A DNA stretch of 64,000 bases from an uncultured candidate division Zixibacteria bacterium (GTDB lineage Bacteria > Zixibacteria > MSB-5A5 > GN15 > FEB-12), in the NCBI GenBank assembly GCA_963735035.1, contig CAVTJJ010000006.1, positions 256,001-320,000 of the forward strand. Reading direction: 5' to 3'. Shown piece after piece: positions 11,760 to 21,963 of the stretch (positions within the stretch are counted from its first letter, which is position 1; every line of letters starts with the position of its first letter). A model generated the notes under the pieces. It searched no databases. It worked only from the letters and a program-made list of their open reading frames with translations, and was not told the DNA's origin. The position numbers and the translations under genes were made by a program.

Positions 11760-12486
11760 GAAGAGAATGTCAGGTATCTGGCTGGCGTCCATGTTGACGT
11801 TTACAACCGTCTTTGCGGCTAATGTTTCGGATTTGGTCCAGAACGGAAACGACGCCTTCAAACTGCAGAAATACGATCAGGCGCTAGAAAAGTACCAGAT
11901 GGCCGAGACCGAGCGCCCGGAGTCACCTGAACTCGATTATAATATCGCTGGGGTGCTGTTCAATCAGCAGAAGTACGAAGAGGCCGTCGAGCGCTACAAC
12001 AAGGCGCTCAATACGCAGGATGCCACGATGGATCCGAAGATTCGCTACAATCTCGGCAACACGTACTACAAGATGGGCGACTATCCGAACGCGATAACTA
12101 ATTTTCAGAAAGCGCTTGAGGCCGATCCGACCGATCTCGAAGCCAAATTCAATCTGGAGCTATCGCGCAAGATGCTCAAAGAGAAACTGAAGCCGGAATC
12201 AAAGGACCAGAACCAGCAACAACAGAATCAGCAGCAACAAGAGAAGAAGGAACAGCCGAAGGATCAGCAGCAGCAAGACAAGCAGGAGCAAAAACCCCAG
12301 GATCAACAAAAGGATCAGCCGAAGGATTCAACACAGCAGCAACAACAGCAGCAGGTTCAGCAGAAGCCGATTTCGAAAGAAGATGCCGAGCGCATACTAA
12401 ATGCTCTCAAGGATGACGAGGAAGACGTTCAGAAGAAGATCAAGCGCGAAGTCATGGGTGGAGATTACAACGGCAATGACTGGTAG
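11752..12486 (+). CDS. batC: BatC TPR protein with Q/K-rich linker
   Basis: TPRs (YNLGNTYYK); Gln-rich linker; ISKEDAERILNAL...NDW terminus. Confidence 0.85.
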   Translation: MSKKRMSGIWLASMLTFTTVFAANVSDLVQNGNDAFKLQKYDQALEKYQMAETERPESPELDYNIAGVLFNQQKYEEAVERYNKALNTQDATMDPKIRYNLGNTYYKMGDYPNAITNFQKALEADPTDLEAKFNLELSRKMLKEKLKPESKDQNQQQQNQQQQEKKEQPKDQQQQDKQEQKPQDQQKDQPKDSTQQQQQQQVQQKPISKEDAERILNALKDDEEDVQKKIKREVMGGDYNGNDW

Positions 12487-14305
12487 ACGTCGGCAGGCTC
12501 ATTGGTTCGCTATCATGGCGGTCGCGCTGGTCGCAGGAGTGATCTGTGTCGGCCATCTTGAGGCCCAAACGCAACCGATCCAGGTCAGCGTATCCCTAAG
12601 TCAGGATACGATCGGCATGGATGAGCAGGCGGTGCTGGAAGTCGAAGTTCAGGGCACGACTCAGGACATGCCCGATCCCAATATGCCGCCATTGCCGATG
12701 TTCGAGGTGTATTCGCAGGGGCGCTCGACCAGTGTTTCGATAGTCAACGGCCAGGTGCAGGCGTCGGTCAGCAATCACTATCTGCTCTTGCCGTCGCGCC
12801 CCGGTACTTATCCCATAGAAAATATCGCGGTGGTTTATCAGAACCATCGTTATGTGGGGAATACGGTCACGCTGACCGTCCTTGGCAGTGGTTCGGGTGC
12901 TCCGCCTCAGTTGGAGCAGCGCGTGCGCGGCGCCGACGGTACCAGCAAGGACTACCTGTTGGAAGCTTCGGTGGATAACGATAAACCGTACGTTAACCAA
13001 CAGATTACCCTGACTCTTAAATTTCTTATCGCCGTCCAATACTACGGTTCGCCCGAACTCGCCGAGCCCACTACGACCGGCTTTTGGACAGAGCTTCTGG
13101 GCACCAAGGGCCCCTATCAGCAGAGACTGAACAACCGCACGTACCGTGTGATCGAGCGCAAGTACGCTCTCTTTCCTACGGCAACAGGCGAACAAAGCAT
13201 CGGTCGGGCTACGATCACAGTAACGGTGCCGTCGCGCCAGCAATCTCGCCGGCAGGACCCGTTCGACATCTTTGGCATGCTGGGCGGCGGGGAACAGGCC
13301 CAGGTGAATTCGCGGCCGCTTACGGTCCATGTACGCCCTTTGCCAACGACCGGTCGGCCGGATGATTTCACTGGAACGATCGGACGTTTTACTTTCAAAG
13401 CGGTTCCCACTCGTCGCGACGTCGAAGTCAATCAACCGGTGTCGGTGAACTTTACAATCACCGGCGTGGGCAATATCAAATCGGTGGCTGAGCCGACTAT
13501 TCCGGATCTACCGGATTTTCGTGTCTACAAAGCTTCGAGCAACGAATCGGTGGCCAAGCAGGACGATCGTCTGGGCGGTACGAAGACTTTTGAAGAGGTC
13601 TTCATCCCCAAACGGCCCGGCCAGATAGTAATTCCCGCGCTAACTTTCAACTTCTTCGATCCTGAGGCTGAACGATACAAGACCGCGCAGACCGAAGCTA
13701 TCACGCTCAACGTGAGTCGCGGCGAAGGCTATGTAGCCGCGCCCGATGTGCCTTACACGGCGCCCGACGCCAAGATCGGAGCCGAAGCCCGCGACATTCG
13801 ATACATCAAGTCCGATCCGGGTGATCTGAGACCGGGGAAAGCACTGCTGTTGACGTCGCCACTCTACCTCGGGGTCAATGCCTTGCCGATTCTGGCGTTG
13901 ATTGCTACGGTAGTCATGCGGAAGCGACGGGAGAAGTTGACCGGTGATATCGGCTATGCCCGTTCTCGGCGCGCTTCCAAAGAAGCCCGCCGTAGGCTGG
14001 CTCGCGCACGCAGTCTGGCGGCCGTCAACACATCGGAGCAGTTCTTCCTGGAGGGCAGCTCGGCGCTATTGTCGTTCATAGGTGACAAACTGAATGTATC
14101 GCCGCACGGTTTGACGAGTGACAAGATCAGGGCGCTCTTGACGGAGCGGGGTGCAGAAGACCAGATGATTCAGGATATCATTACATTTCTGGATCAGTGC
14201 GCTTTCGCCCGATATGCGCCGTCGTCGGTGAGTCAACCCGATATTGACAAGGGCCTGGCCGACGCCGAGAACTTGATGGTGCGGCTCGAGGAGGTCAGGT
14301 TTTGA
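12476..14305 (+). CDS. batD: BatD protein
   Basis: SQGRSTSVSIVNG; repeated Ig domains; FTGTIGRF; DIRYIK then TM helix; C..ARYAP tail. Confidence 0.88.
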   Translation: MTGRRRQAHWFAIMAVALVAGVICVGHLEAQTQPIQVSVSLSQDTIGMDEQAVLEVEVQGTTQDMPDPNMPPLPMFEVYSQGRSTSVSIVNGQVQASVSNHYLLLPSRPGTYPIENIAVVYQNHRYVGNTVTLTVLGSGSGAPPQLEQRVRGADGTSKDYLLEASVDNDKPYVNQQITLTLKFLIAVQYYGSPELAEPTTTGFWTELLGTKGPYQQRLNNRTYRVIERKYALFPTATGEQSIGRATITVTVPSRQQSRRQDPFDIFGMLGGGEQAQVNSRPLTVHVRPLPTTGRPDDFTGTIGRFTFKAVPTRRDVEVNQPVSVNFTITGVGNIKSVAEPTIPDLPDFRVYKASSNESVAKQDDRLGGTKTFEEVFIPKRPGQIVIPALTFNFFDPEAERYKTAQTEAITLNVSRGEGYVAAPDVPYTAPDAKIGAEARDIRYIKSDPGDLRPGKALLLTSPLYLGVNALPILALIATVVMRKRREKLTGDIGYARSRRASKEARRRLARARSLAAVNTSEQFFLEGSSALLSFIGDKLNVSPHGLTSDKIRALLTERGAEDQMIQDIITFLDQCAFARYAPSSVSQPDIDKGLADAENLMVRLEEVRF

Positions 14306-15057
14306 ACCTCGCAAAGTTCGTTACAATTTTGTTTTTGCTGATGGCACCCGGTGCAGCAACTTTGTCAGCGCCTGTCGACCAGTTCACGCTCGGGAATCGC
14401 TATTACGAACAGAAGAAATATGACAGCGCGGTGATCGCCTACACGGAGTTGGTTAATCAGCGGCTGGAGTCGGCGCCACTCTATTTCAATCTCGGCAATG
14501 CTTCTTTCCGTGCCGGCGATTTGGGCCATGCGATGCTGTACTACATGCGGGCCAAGCGACTTGATCCCACCGATCCGGACATAGCCGCCAACCTCGATTT
14601 TGCCCGCCGCTATACCTCTGTCCAGATGGAAGGGGTGACGCTCAATCCGGTAAGTTCACTGTTCGAGTCGATTGTTTCCCCGTATCGACTGAGCACGCTC
14701 GCCTGGGCTTCGACGTTGTTGTTCTTCGCACTATTTGCCTTCCTCATTGCTCGTTACGGTTTCGCCTGGCGCGGCGCTTTGATTGGGACCGGAATCTGGC
14801 TGACCCTTATCCTATTTCTGTCCGCGTCGCTTCTGACTACGATCAAGTATCACAGCGACTATATCATACGCCGGGCGGTTATTCTGGCCGAAGAGAGTGT
14901 TGTCCACACTGGACCATCGGACCTCTCTGAAAAAGAGCTGGACGGCGCCCCCGGCCTGGTCGTGGAAGTGCTGGCCGAATCCGGCGATTTCTACAACGTC
15001 CTCTTCGAAAACAAGCGGCGGGGCTGGATTCGCAAGGATTTGGTAGCGGTCGTATAG
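14302..15057 (+). CDS. batE: BatE TPR + SH3 protein
   Basis: LYFNLGNASFRAGDLGHAMLYYMRAKRLDP; two TM helices; C-terminal SH3b-like GWI. Confidence 0.85.
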   Translation: MNLAKFVTILFLLMAPGAATLSAPVDQFTLGNRYYEQKKYDSAVIAYTELVNQRLESAPLYFNLGNASFRAGDLGHAMLYYMRAKRLDPTDPDIAANLDFARRYTSVQMEGVTLNPVSSLFESIVSPYRLSTLAWASTLLFFALFAFLIARYGFAWRGALIGTGIWLTLILFLSASLLTTIKYHSDYIIRRAVILAEESVVHTGPSDLSEKELDGAPGLVVEVLAESGDFYNVLFENKRRGWIRKDLVAVV

Positions 15058-15150
15058 ACCTTACGGCCTTCCGGGCCCGGTCTAATTTGATTGACACCTT
15101 CCGGTGGCCTGTCTATCTTGGTCGCTTATTGTTAACCCGGCAATGGAGTT

Positions 15151-16203
15151 ATGGCCGCATTCTGGAAGAAAAAGAAGTTCTGGGGCACATTGATCGGGCT
15201 GGTCCTGCTGGCCTACTGTGTCAAGGACATCAAGATCGCGGATTTGCGCCTCCTGCTCCAGCGGGTTAATGTCTATTACCTCCTCGCCGCGTTTACTTCG
15301 CCGGGTCATTCTTCCTATTTCTGAAAGTCGATCCGTTGGCGGATTATGGTTTCCCAGCAGAAGGTCATGTCGCTGCGCCGGGTCGTGACTTTGTATTCGG
15401 TCGGTCAAATTCTGGGGATGGTCATGCCGGCCCTCACCGGCCAGGTGGGACGCGTGGTCTGGTTTGCGCGCAAGGAAGGCCTGCGCAAGACGTATGTCTT
15501 CTCGATCCTGATTCTGGAGGTATTGTTCGACTCCATCAGCCTGATCTTCTTCATGTTTCTGACTTCACTAGCCTTTGTTTTCCCGAGCGAATATCGGTAT
15601 CTGAGCTTTGCCGTGGCGGGGGTGACGGGTGGTGTCGTGATCTTGCTATATATCATGCTCCATCAGCAGAATCGTATCGAGGAAATCGCCCGCCGCCGCT
15701 TGCGTGGTCGCTGGCCCGGATTCTATATCACCTGCAAGAAATTCATTCGTTCTTTTACCAAAGGGATCGAACTCCTTCGCTCCGGACAGGGAACCGTCGG
15801 GACCCTCCTCCTGTCACTCCTGTCCTGGGGCGCTCACATGATGGTGATCTGGTTTCTGATCCGGTCGTTTGGGCTGGCGCTTCCGTTTGCCGCGGCGGCG
15901 GTCATCATGATTGTCAATACGATCGTCCTCCTGGTGCCGATCAGCCCCGGCAATGCCGGTACATTCGAAGTGGCCGTGTCGACCTCGCTGGCGGCGTTTT
16001 CGATTGGACGGACCGACGCCGTACTGTTCGCGCTCGCCCTGCATATGATCGATCTCCTCCCGACCTTTGTTCTCGGATACCTTTTCCTGCACCTCGAGAA
16101 ATTGTCTCTACGTGATCTCAAGGCGATGCAGTCGGAGGACGACATGATCATCGACCGGATCGACGAGGAAGGCGCCTTCATCGAAGAGAAGGAAGAGGTC
16201 TGA
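15151..16203 (+). CDS. Lysylphosphatidylglycerol synthase TM / flippase-like protein (frameshift near 15300-15330)
   Basis: GGAG SD then ATG at 15151 (MAAFWKKKKFWGTLIGL); continues in the 15346 frame with PISPGNAGTFE. Upstream TTGACA-17-TATCTT promoter. Confidence 0.75.
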
Positions 16204-16284
16204 TCTCGTACTGGTCGTGGCGGTCGGAAACAATTCCGCGGCCCCGGTGTTTGGTGAAGCAACTGTGATCCGAAAGGAAGACCG

Positions 16285-17944
16285 GTGATGATAAAGGAGA
16301 CCGCCAGCCGTCATTCTGCGGCCGGCGTGACGCTCATACCCTCGCAATCGCTTGGCTATACGCGACTCTATCTGGATTTCGTGAAGGGGCAGCCATCGGT
16401 CGCTGATTTCTATCCGTCGCGCCAGACGGCATCAGTCGCCTCGGCTCTGGACAAGATTCGATTCGACCGTGGGACTATCGCGGACATTCTCGTTCGCCAG
16501 AATCGGGCGTTGGGAGCTGCCGACGCCACCTTGCAACAAATTGAGCGTCTGCGTGATCCCCGTTCGGTCTGTGTTTTCGCCGGACAGCAGGCGGGGCTGT
16601 TCTCGGGACCGTTGTTTACGATTATCAAAGCTCTCGGAATTGTTCGCCTGGCCCAACTTCACGAAGAACGCCTGGGTCGACCCGTGATTCCGATCTTCTG
16701 GATTGCCGGCGATGATCATGATTTCGCCGAAATAGACCATGTGGACGTCCTCTCGAGGACTGGCCAGATCGCTCGAATCGAATACGAGTCATCCCCGGCG
16801 TTACCTATTCCGGCTTCTGAGGCTAAGATCGATAACGAGGAAGAACTGGAGCGGCTTTTCGCCGAACTCGGAGAGTCTCTCGGCAAGACTGACCTCACGG
16901 CCGGAATGTTCGATCTTCTGAGGAAACGCTTACACAACCCAGGATACGATGGTGTCCTCGTTCGGCAAGCTCATGGCAGCTCTGACGAGCGAGTTGGGGC
17001 TGGTCTTGTTCAATCCATCGGATGCAGAAGTGAAGCGATTGGCCCAGCCGTTCTTTGTGACTATGCTGGACGAACAGCCGGCCATCCACGAGAGTCTAAG
17101 TCAGGCCAATAGCCGACTCACGCAGCGCGGTTATCATCTTCAAGTAGAGAAGAAAGATGATGCTGTTCATCTCTTCTGCAATCTCGACGGTCGCAAACCT
17201 GTCATGCGAGACGGTACCGCGTTTGTAGCCGGGAGTAAGCGATTCAGTCGGACCGAGATGGCTGGCCTGCTCACCGAGCGTCCGGAGGTTATTTCTCCCG
17301 ATGTACTTACCCGCCCGCTTATGCAAGCCTGGCTCTTTCCGGTACTGTTGCAGGTAGGCGGGCCGTCCGAGATTGCCTATTTCGCCCAGCTCAACGGTTT
17401 GTTTTCGTTAGTGAACCGTCCGGTTCCGGTCTATGCGGCGCGTCCGTCGGTCACGATCCTGGAGCGACGCATCGAGCAGGGCATGCAGGAATTGGGAATC
17501 TCGTTCGCGGATACTCGCGGCGATATTGAGCAGGCAGTCAACCGGGTATTAGCTGATACGTTCCCGGCTGATTTAGCGAAAGACTTTGCGAACCTTCGCG
17601 AGAACGTCACGAACCGGTTCCGTGAATTCTCCGATCAAGCACTTGGATTCGATCCCGGATTGAAAGAGACCGTTGAGCAGGTGCGGGGCAAGATCGACTT
17701 TCAGTTGAATGGGCTAGAAGCGAAAGTATTCGCGGCCCACAAGAAGAAGAGCCAGCAAACGCGCGAAAAGATCTATCGAATTGCCAATTCACTTTATCCG
17801 AATCGCACGCCCCAGGAGCGCTGTCTGAACGTTACCGGTTTCCTGGCCCGCTACGGTGTCGGATTTGTGCGTTATCTATATGAACACATGGACGCCGAGC
17901 AGACGGATCATCAACTTATCTCACTCGCGGAATTTGAGGCTTAG
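16285..17944 (+). CDS. bshC: Bacillithiol cysteine-adding enzyme BshC (frameshift near 16925-16945)
   Basis: GQQAGLFSGPLFTIIKA; PIFWIAGDDHDFAEI; SPDVLTRPL; GGPSEIAYFAQL; PQER. Split over two ORFs. Confidence 0.9.
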
Positions 17945-19075
17945 ATGAACATAGGAATCACTTGTTATCCGGTCGCAGGCGGCTCCGGAATTGTCGCCAC
18001 TGAACTGGGTCAGCAACTGGCCGCGCGGGGGCATCAGGTCCATTTCATTTCCTACGCGCTGCCGTTCCGGCTTGATCGTTTTCAACCCAACCTGCTTTTT
18101 CACAGTGTCGACACCAGCGCGTATCCGCTTTTCAAGTTTCCGCCATATTCGTTGCCATTGGCCTCAAAGATGGCCGATGTCACCCGTGAGTTCAAGTTGG
18201 ACATCCTACACATGCATTATGCTATCCCGCACGCCACCTGTGCTTATCTGGCCCGCGAGATTCTGCGTGGAACTAATGTCAAGCTCCCGAAAATCATCAC
18301 CACTCTTCACGGTACTGATATTACCCTGGTCGGCTCAGATCCGAGCTTCTTCGATATTACGAAATTCTCGATTAACGCTTCGGACGGCGTCACGGCGGTG
18401 TCGCATTATCTGGCGGATGAGACAAAAGAAGTATTTAGTCTCGAACGGGACATCCGCGTAATTCATAACTTTGTCGATACAACTCGGTTCAAGCGCGGTT
18501 GCGGCGAGTGCCAGCGCAAAGACCTCGTCCGCGAAGGCGAATTCCTGATCACACATATATCGAACTTCCGCCCGGTCAAACGAGTGCTTGATGTCATCGA
18601 CATATTCGATCGCATTCAGGCCGAAGTCCCTGCCCGTCTGCTGCTGATCGGTGAAGGACCCGATACGGTCCTGGCGCGCCGTCAGGTGAAGAAGAAGAAA
18701 CTGGAAGACAAAGTCACATTCCTGGGAAATCAGGAACGAGTGGAAGCGATTCTACCCTGCTCGGATTTGTTCCTGGTACCGTCGGAAGAAGAATCGTTCG
18801 GGCTGGCGGCGCTCGAAGCGCTCGCCTGCGGCGTGCCGGTTATCGGTACTTCGGGCATAGGGCTTACCGAGGTGGTCGAGGACTATCGCAACGGATTCCT
18901 CCTGCCGGTGGGCGATACTGCGTCGATGGCCCGTGCGGCGTTGGCGCTTCTGAAAGACTTCAAACGCCTGCAGGATTTCAAGACAGCCGCCGCTGAAATG
19001 GCCGCGGCGAAATTTGGCGCCGAGCGAATAGTGGCCCAGTACGAGGCGTACTATCAGGAGGTTCTCGATGCCTGA
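17945..19075 (+). CDS. bshA: N-acetyl-alpha-D-glucosaminyl L-malate synthase BshA
   Basis: MNIGITCYPVAGGSGIVATELG; HYAIPHA; TTLHGTDITLVG; SNFRPVKR; ESFGLAALEA. Confidence 0.95.
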   Translation: MNIGITCYPVAGGSGIVATELGQQLAARGHQVHFISYALPFRLDRFQPNLLFHSVDTSAYPLFKFPPYSLPLASKMADVTREFKLDILHMHYAIPHATCAYLAREILRGTNVKLPKIITTLHGTDITLVGSDPSFFDITKFSINASDGVTAVSHYLADETKEVFSLERDIRVIHNFVDTTRFKRGCGECQRKDLVREGEFLITHISNFRPVKRVLDVIDIFDRIQAEVPARLLLIGEGPDTVLARRQVKKKKLEDKVTFLGNQERVEAILPCSDLFLVPSEEESFGLAALEALACGVPVIGTSGIGLTEVVEDYRNGFLLPVGDTASMARAALALLKDFKRLQDFKTAAAEMAAAKFGAERIVAQYEAYYQEVLDA

Positions 19076-19844
19076 GCGCGTATCCTTGGATGTCCTGGCG
19101 ATAGCCGCTCATCCGGACGATTCCGAGATCACCTGCGGCGGTTTGCTTATCAAGATGATTCGCAAGGGGCGTAAAGCCGGCGTGCTTGACCTAGCGCGGG
19201 GCGAGATGGGCACCTACGGCGATGAACACGATCGTGCCGCCGAAGCTGCGTCGGCCGCGAAAATTATGGGGCTGTCTTATCGCGGTAATGCCGAGATGCC
19301 GGACGCGGGTGTTGAATTCACACAGGAAAATAAACTCACGATCGCCCAGGTCATTCGCGATACGAAACCGGAGCTGGTAATTCTGCCGCACTGGGAGCAG
19401 CGCCATCCGGATCATCTGGCCTGCAGCCGTCTTGGTTACGACGCTTGTTTTCTCGCCGGACTGGCCAAACTGCCGTTGAGCGGTGAGCCACACCGGCCAC
19501 GCAAGATCATCTATGCGTCATATTATCGAAACACTGACTATTCGTTCCTGGTCGATATCGGCGAGGTGTTTGAGCAGAAACTTCGCGCCATCGCCGCATA
19601 CGAATCGCAGTTCGGCGACCCGGCCTGGGTTGACGATGTCCTGAAGGGCAGCGCCGCGGCTGAGGCGGTGACTGCGGCCGGTCGTAAGGGTGTCTTCGCA
19701 CCGGGGGTTCATATATTCGATTTGCTTTACAGTCGATCTCGCACCTTGGGACAGACGGTCGGTGTTACCTTCGCCGAGGCGTATACGATCAAAGAGCACA
19801 TATTGATCGATGACCCGCAAAAGATGCCGGTCCGGTCGATCTAG
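19068..19844 (+). CDS. bshB1: Bacillithiol deacetylase BshB1
   Basis: AHPDDSEITCGG; GEMGT; RHPDH; KLRAIAAYESQF; operon context. Confidence 0.9.
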   Translation: MPERVSLDVLAIAAHPDDSEITCGGLLIKMIRKGRKAGVLDLARGEMGTYGDEHDRAAEAASAAKIMGLSYRGNAEMPDAGVEFTQENKLTIAQVIRDTKPELVILPHWEQRHPDHLACSRLGYDACFLAGLAKLPLSGEPHRPRKIIYASYYRNTDYSFLVDIGEVFEQKLRAIAAYESQFGDPAWVDDVLKGSAAAEAVTAAGRKGVFAPGVHIFDLLYSRSRTLGQTVGVTFAEAYTIKEHILIDDPQKMPVRSI

Positions 19845-19863
19845 TTGTTTTCGCTGACAACAA

Positions 19864-20106
19864 TGGTTGAGTCAGGTCTATCGACCCGTTTGCCGGATGC
19901 GAAGCGGGACGTGTGACCTGACGCATGTTATATCCAGCATACAACCAATCGGGAGTTTTGAAGAAGTCCTTTCCGCCGTCATCGCGAGTCTCGACTGCGC
20001 TTCGCAGGTGAGACTAGCGATCTAATTGTACGCTGTCACGACGAGCTTGAGATTGCCGCGCTACGCTGTCCCGCCTGGCGGCGGGCCATCTCCGCTCGCA
20101 ATGACG
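19864..20106. repeat. REP-like palindrome cluster
   Basis: GTCAGGTC...GTGTGACCTGACGC element, plus a CGTCATCGCGAG...GAGATTGCC...CTCGCAATGACG inverted pair. Confidence 0.7.
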
Positions 20107-20127
20107 ATTTGGCATGCTTTTCCAACA

Positions 20128-20146
20128 GGCGGAAGCGGGTGGAATC
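20128..20146 (-). repeat. Degenerate copy of the tRNA-Sec 3' end (att-like relic)
   Basis: ggcggaagcgggtggaatc vs ggcggaaggggtgggaatc at 23331-23349; 16/19 identical ungapped, same orientation. Confidence 0.45.
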
Positions 20147-20241
20147 ATTCGTCCACGGAACCGGTCGTAAGATTCCGTGTATCAAATCGTGAATATATCG
20201 GTGTTTGCATAATTCCGGGATCGTGGTAGATTAATACCATC

Positions 20242-21396
20242 GTGGAGACTTCGTCGCTTAAATCAGTCGCCCTGTGTCTGACCCACGCCTGCAACCTCCG
20301 CTGTCGCTACTGCTATGCGGGAGCGAAGGCGGGTCGGTCGATGACTCAGGATACAGCGCTGCAGGCGCTCAAGTTCCTGGCGCTACAGTCCAACGGTTCG
20401 TGCGCGGTCACGTTCTTTGGCGGCGAACCGCTCATGCAATTCGACCTTATCAAGGAAATTGTAGCTCGCGGCAAGTTGGAGTTTCCCGGCAAGTTCGCAT
20501 TCAGGATGGCCACCAACGGGACTCTGCTGACGACTGATACAATTGAATTCCTCAAGACTAACGGGGTGTACTTCTCGCTCAGTCTCGACGGCTCCCCCGA
20601 GCAGCAGAATTTCAACCGGGTTGATGTCTCGGGGCAGGGGTCATACGAACTGGTAGCGGCCGGTCTCGACGCTACACTCGCGTTCAATCCGTACACCGTG
20701 GCCGTCTCGGTTGTGACTCCGGAGACGGTGGAGTATCTGGCCGAGGGAGTGAAGCATCTGTTTGGTCTGGGTTTCAGGTATGTCGTCCAGACGCTGAACT
20801 ATTCGGCAGACTGGCATTCGGAAGACATCAAACGACTCAAGCGGCAGTATCAGGACCTCGCCGGGTTCTACTTCGACAGCCTCAAGGCGGGGAAGAAGCT
20901 CTACTACAGCCCGTTTGATTCGCGTATTCAAACCTGGGCGCAGAAGCCGATTGTTCCGGGTGAACTGTGCGACCTGGCCAACTCGCAGATCGCGATTGCG
21001 GTGTCGGGGCGGCTCTATCCCTGCGTTCAGTTTGTGGCTGAGGACGATGAGACAGCGCGGGCGAGTGCTATCGGCGACGTCTGGTCGGGTTTCGATCCGA
21101 CCCGGCGCGCCTGGTTTGTCGAGCAGAACCGTCAGGAGCCGGAAACGTGTGTCGGATGCACGCTGCACGGTCGCTGCGCTACGTATTGCGGCTGTGTGAA
21201 CTGGAAGACGACCGGCCATCTGAACCGGATTCCGCCGCTCATTTGTGAACACGAGCGGATGCTCATGCCGATTGTCGACCGACTCGCCAACAAGCTCTGG
21301 AAGGGCAAGGTGGAGTTGTTTAAGCGGAAATTTTACGACAAGACTTTCCCGATTTCGTCATATATTGAAGACTGTCTGATGAAGAAGGCGGAGTAG
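20242..21396 (+). CDS. Radical SAM/SPASM-domain enzyme (peptide/protein maturase-like)
   Basis: CNLRCRYC; FFGGEPL; TNGTLL; SLDG; SPASM cysteines C..GRLYPC...CVGCTLHGRCATYCGC...IC. Confidence 0.92.
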   Translation: METSSLKSVALCLTHACNLRCRYCYAGAKAGRSMTQDTALQALKFLALQSNGSCAVTFFGGEPLMQFDLIKEIVARGKLEFPGKFAFRMATNGTLLTTDTIEFLKTNGVYFSLSLDGSPEQQNFNRVDVSGQGSYELVAAGLDATLAFNPYTVAVSVVTPETVEYLAEGVKHLFGLGFRYVVQTLNYSADWHSEDIKRLKRQYQDLAGFYFDSLKAGKKLYYSPFDSRIQTWAQKPIVPGELCDLANSQIAIAVSGRLYPCVQFVAEDDETARASAIGDVWSGFDPTRRAWFVEQNRQEPETCVGCTLHGRCATYCGCVNWKTTGHLNRIPPLICEHERMLMPIVDRLANKLWKGKVELFKRKFYDKTFPISSYIEDCLMKKAE

Positions 21397-21397
21397 G

Positions 21398-21929
21398 ATG
21401 CTTCGGATCACACAGATCAGCCGGTACGATTTGCCCCGGTATCCACAGGGCGGGCAGTATGTGCACCCGCCTCGCTCGTCTGCAGCAAAGGTGCGTGACG
21501 CCGCCGCTCTGTCGATTCTGGCATACGCGCTGCGATCCTGCGGTCCTTGGATGGGAGGAAAACCTTTGCCACCCAAGTACGTAACGGAGATAGAGGCTCG
21601 GCTAGTCATTGGCGAAGTCTTCGCCGCACGAGGCATAAAGCTAGTAGCGGATCAGGCAGTGACCGTGCCGTTCAGTCAATCGGGTTCAGCAAAGCTGGTT
21701 GTCGATGGCTTCAATGATTCGCTACAGGTTGGCTATGAATATATCAGCATTGAAGACAAACCGATCTTCACGGACGACGTATGTCGTCGACTCGACAACC
21801 TGAATCGGGACGCCTCTCCGCATATCATTACTCTTCCAACCGAAGTAGAGGGAGAGGACGCTGAGGATACACCTCCGTCAGGTTGTAGAAGCTTTCCTCG
21901 TTTCACTTAAGACTCAGGGTGTAATATAG
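21398..21929 (+). CDS. rSAM-associated leader-bearing lipoprotein-like protein, paralog 1 (frameshift near 21868)
   Basis: Starts 1 nt after the rSAM stop. An alternative frame gives HLRQVVEAFLVSLKTQGVI*, matching the end of paralog 2 (HLQQVVNEFLDSLHAQGVI*). Confidence 0.8.
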
Positions 21930-21963
21930 GTCGCGGCAGTTATGAAGAGAAGGGCGGAATAGT

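Noticed and set aside
12205..12365. CAG/CAA-rich tandem repeat
   Set aside because: This is the ordinary Gln/Lys-rich linker of BatC.
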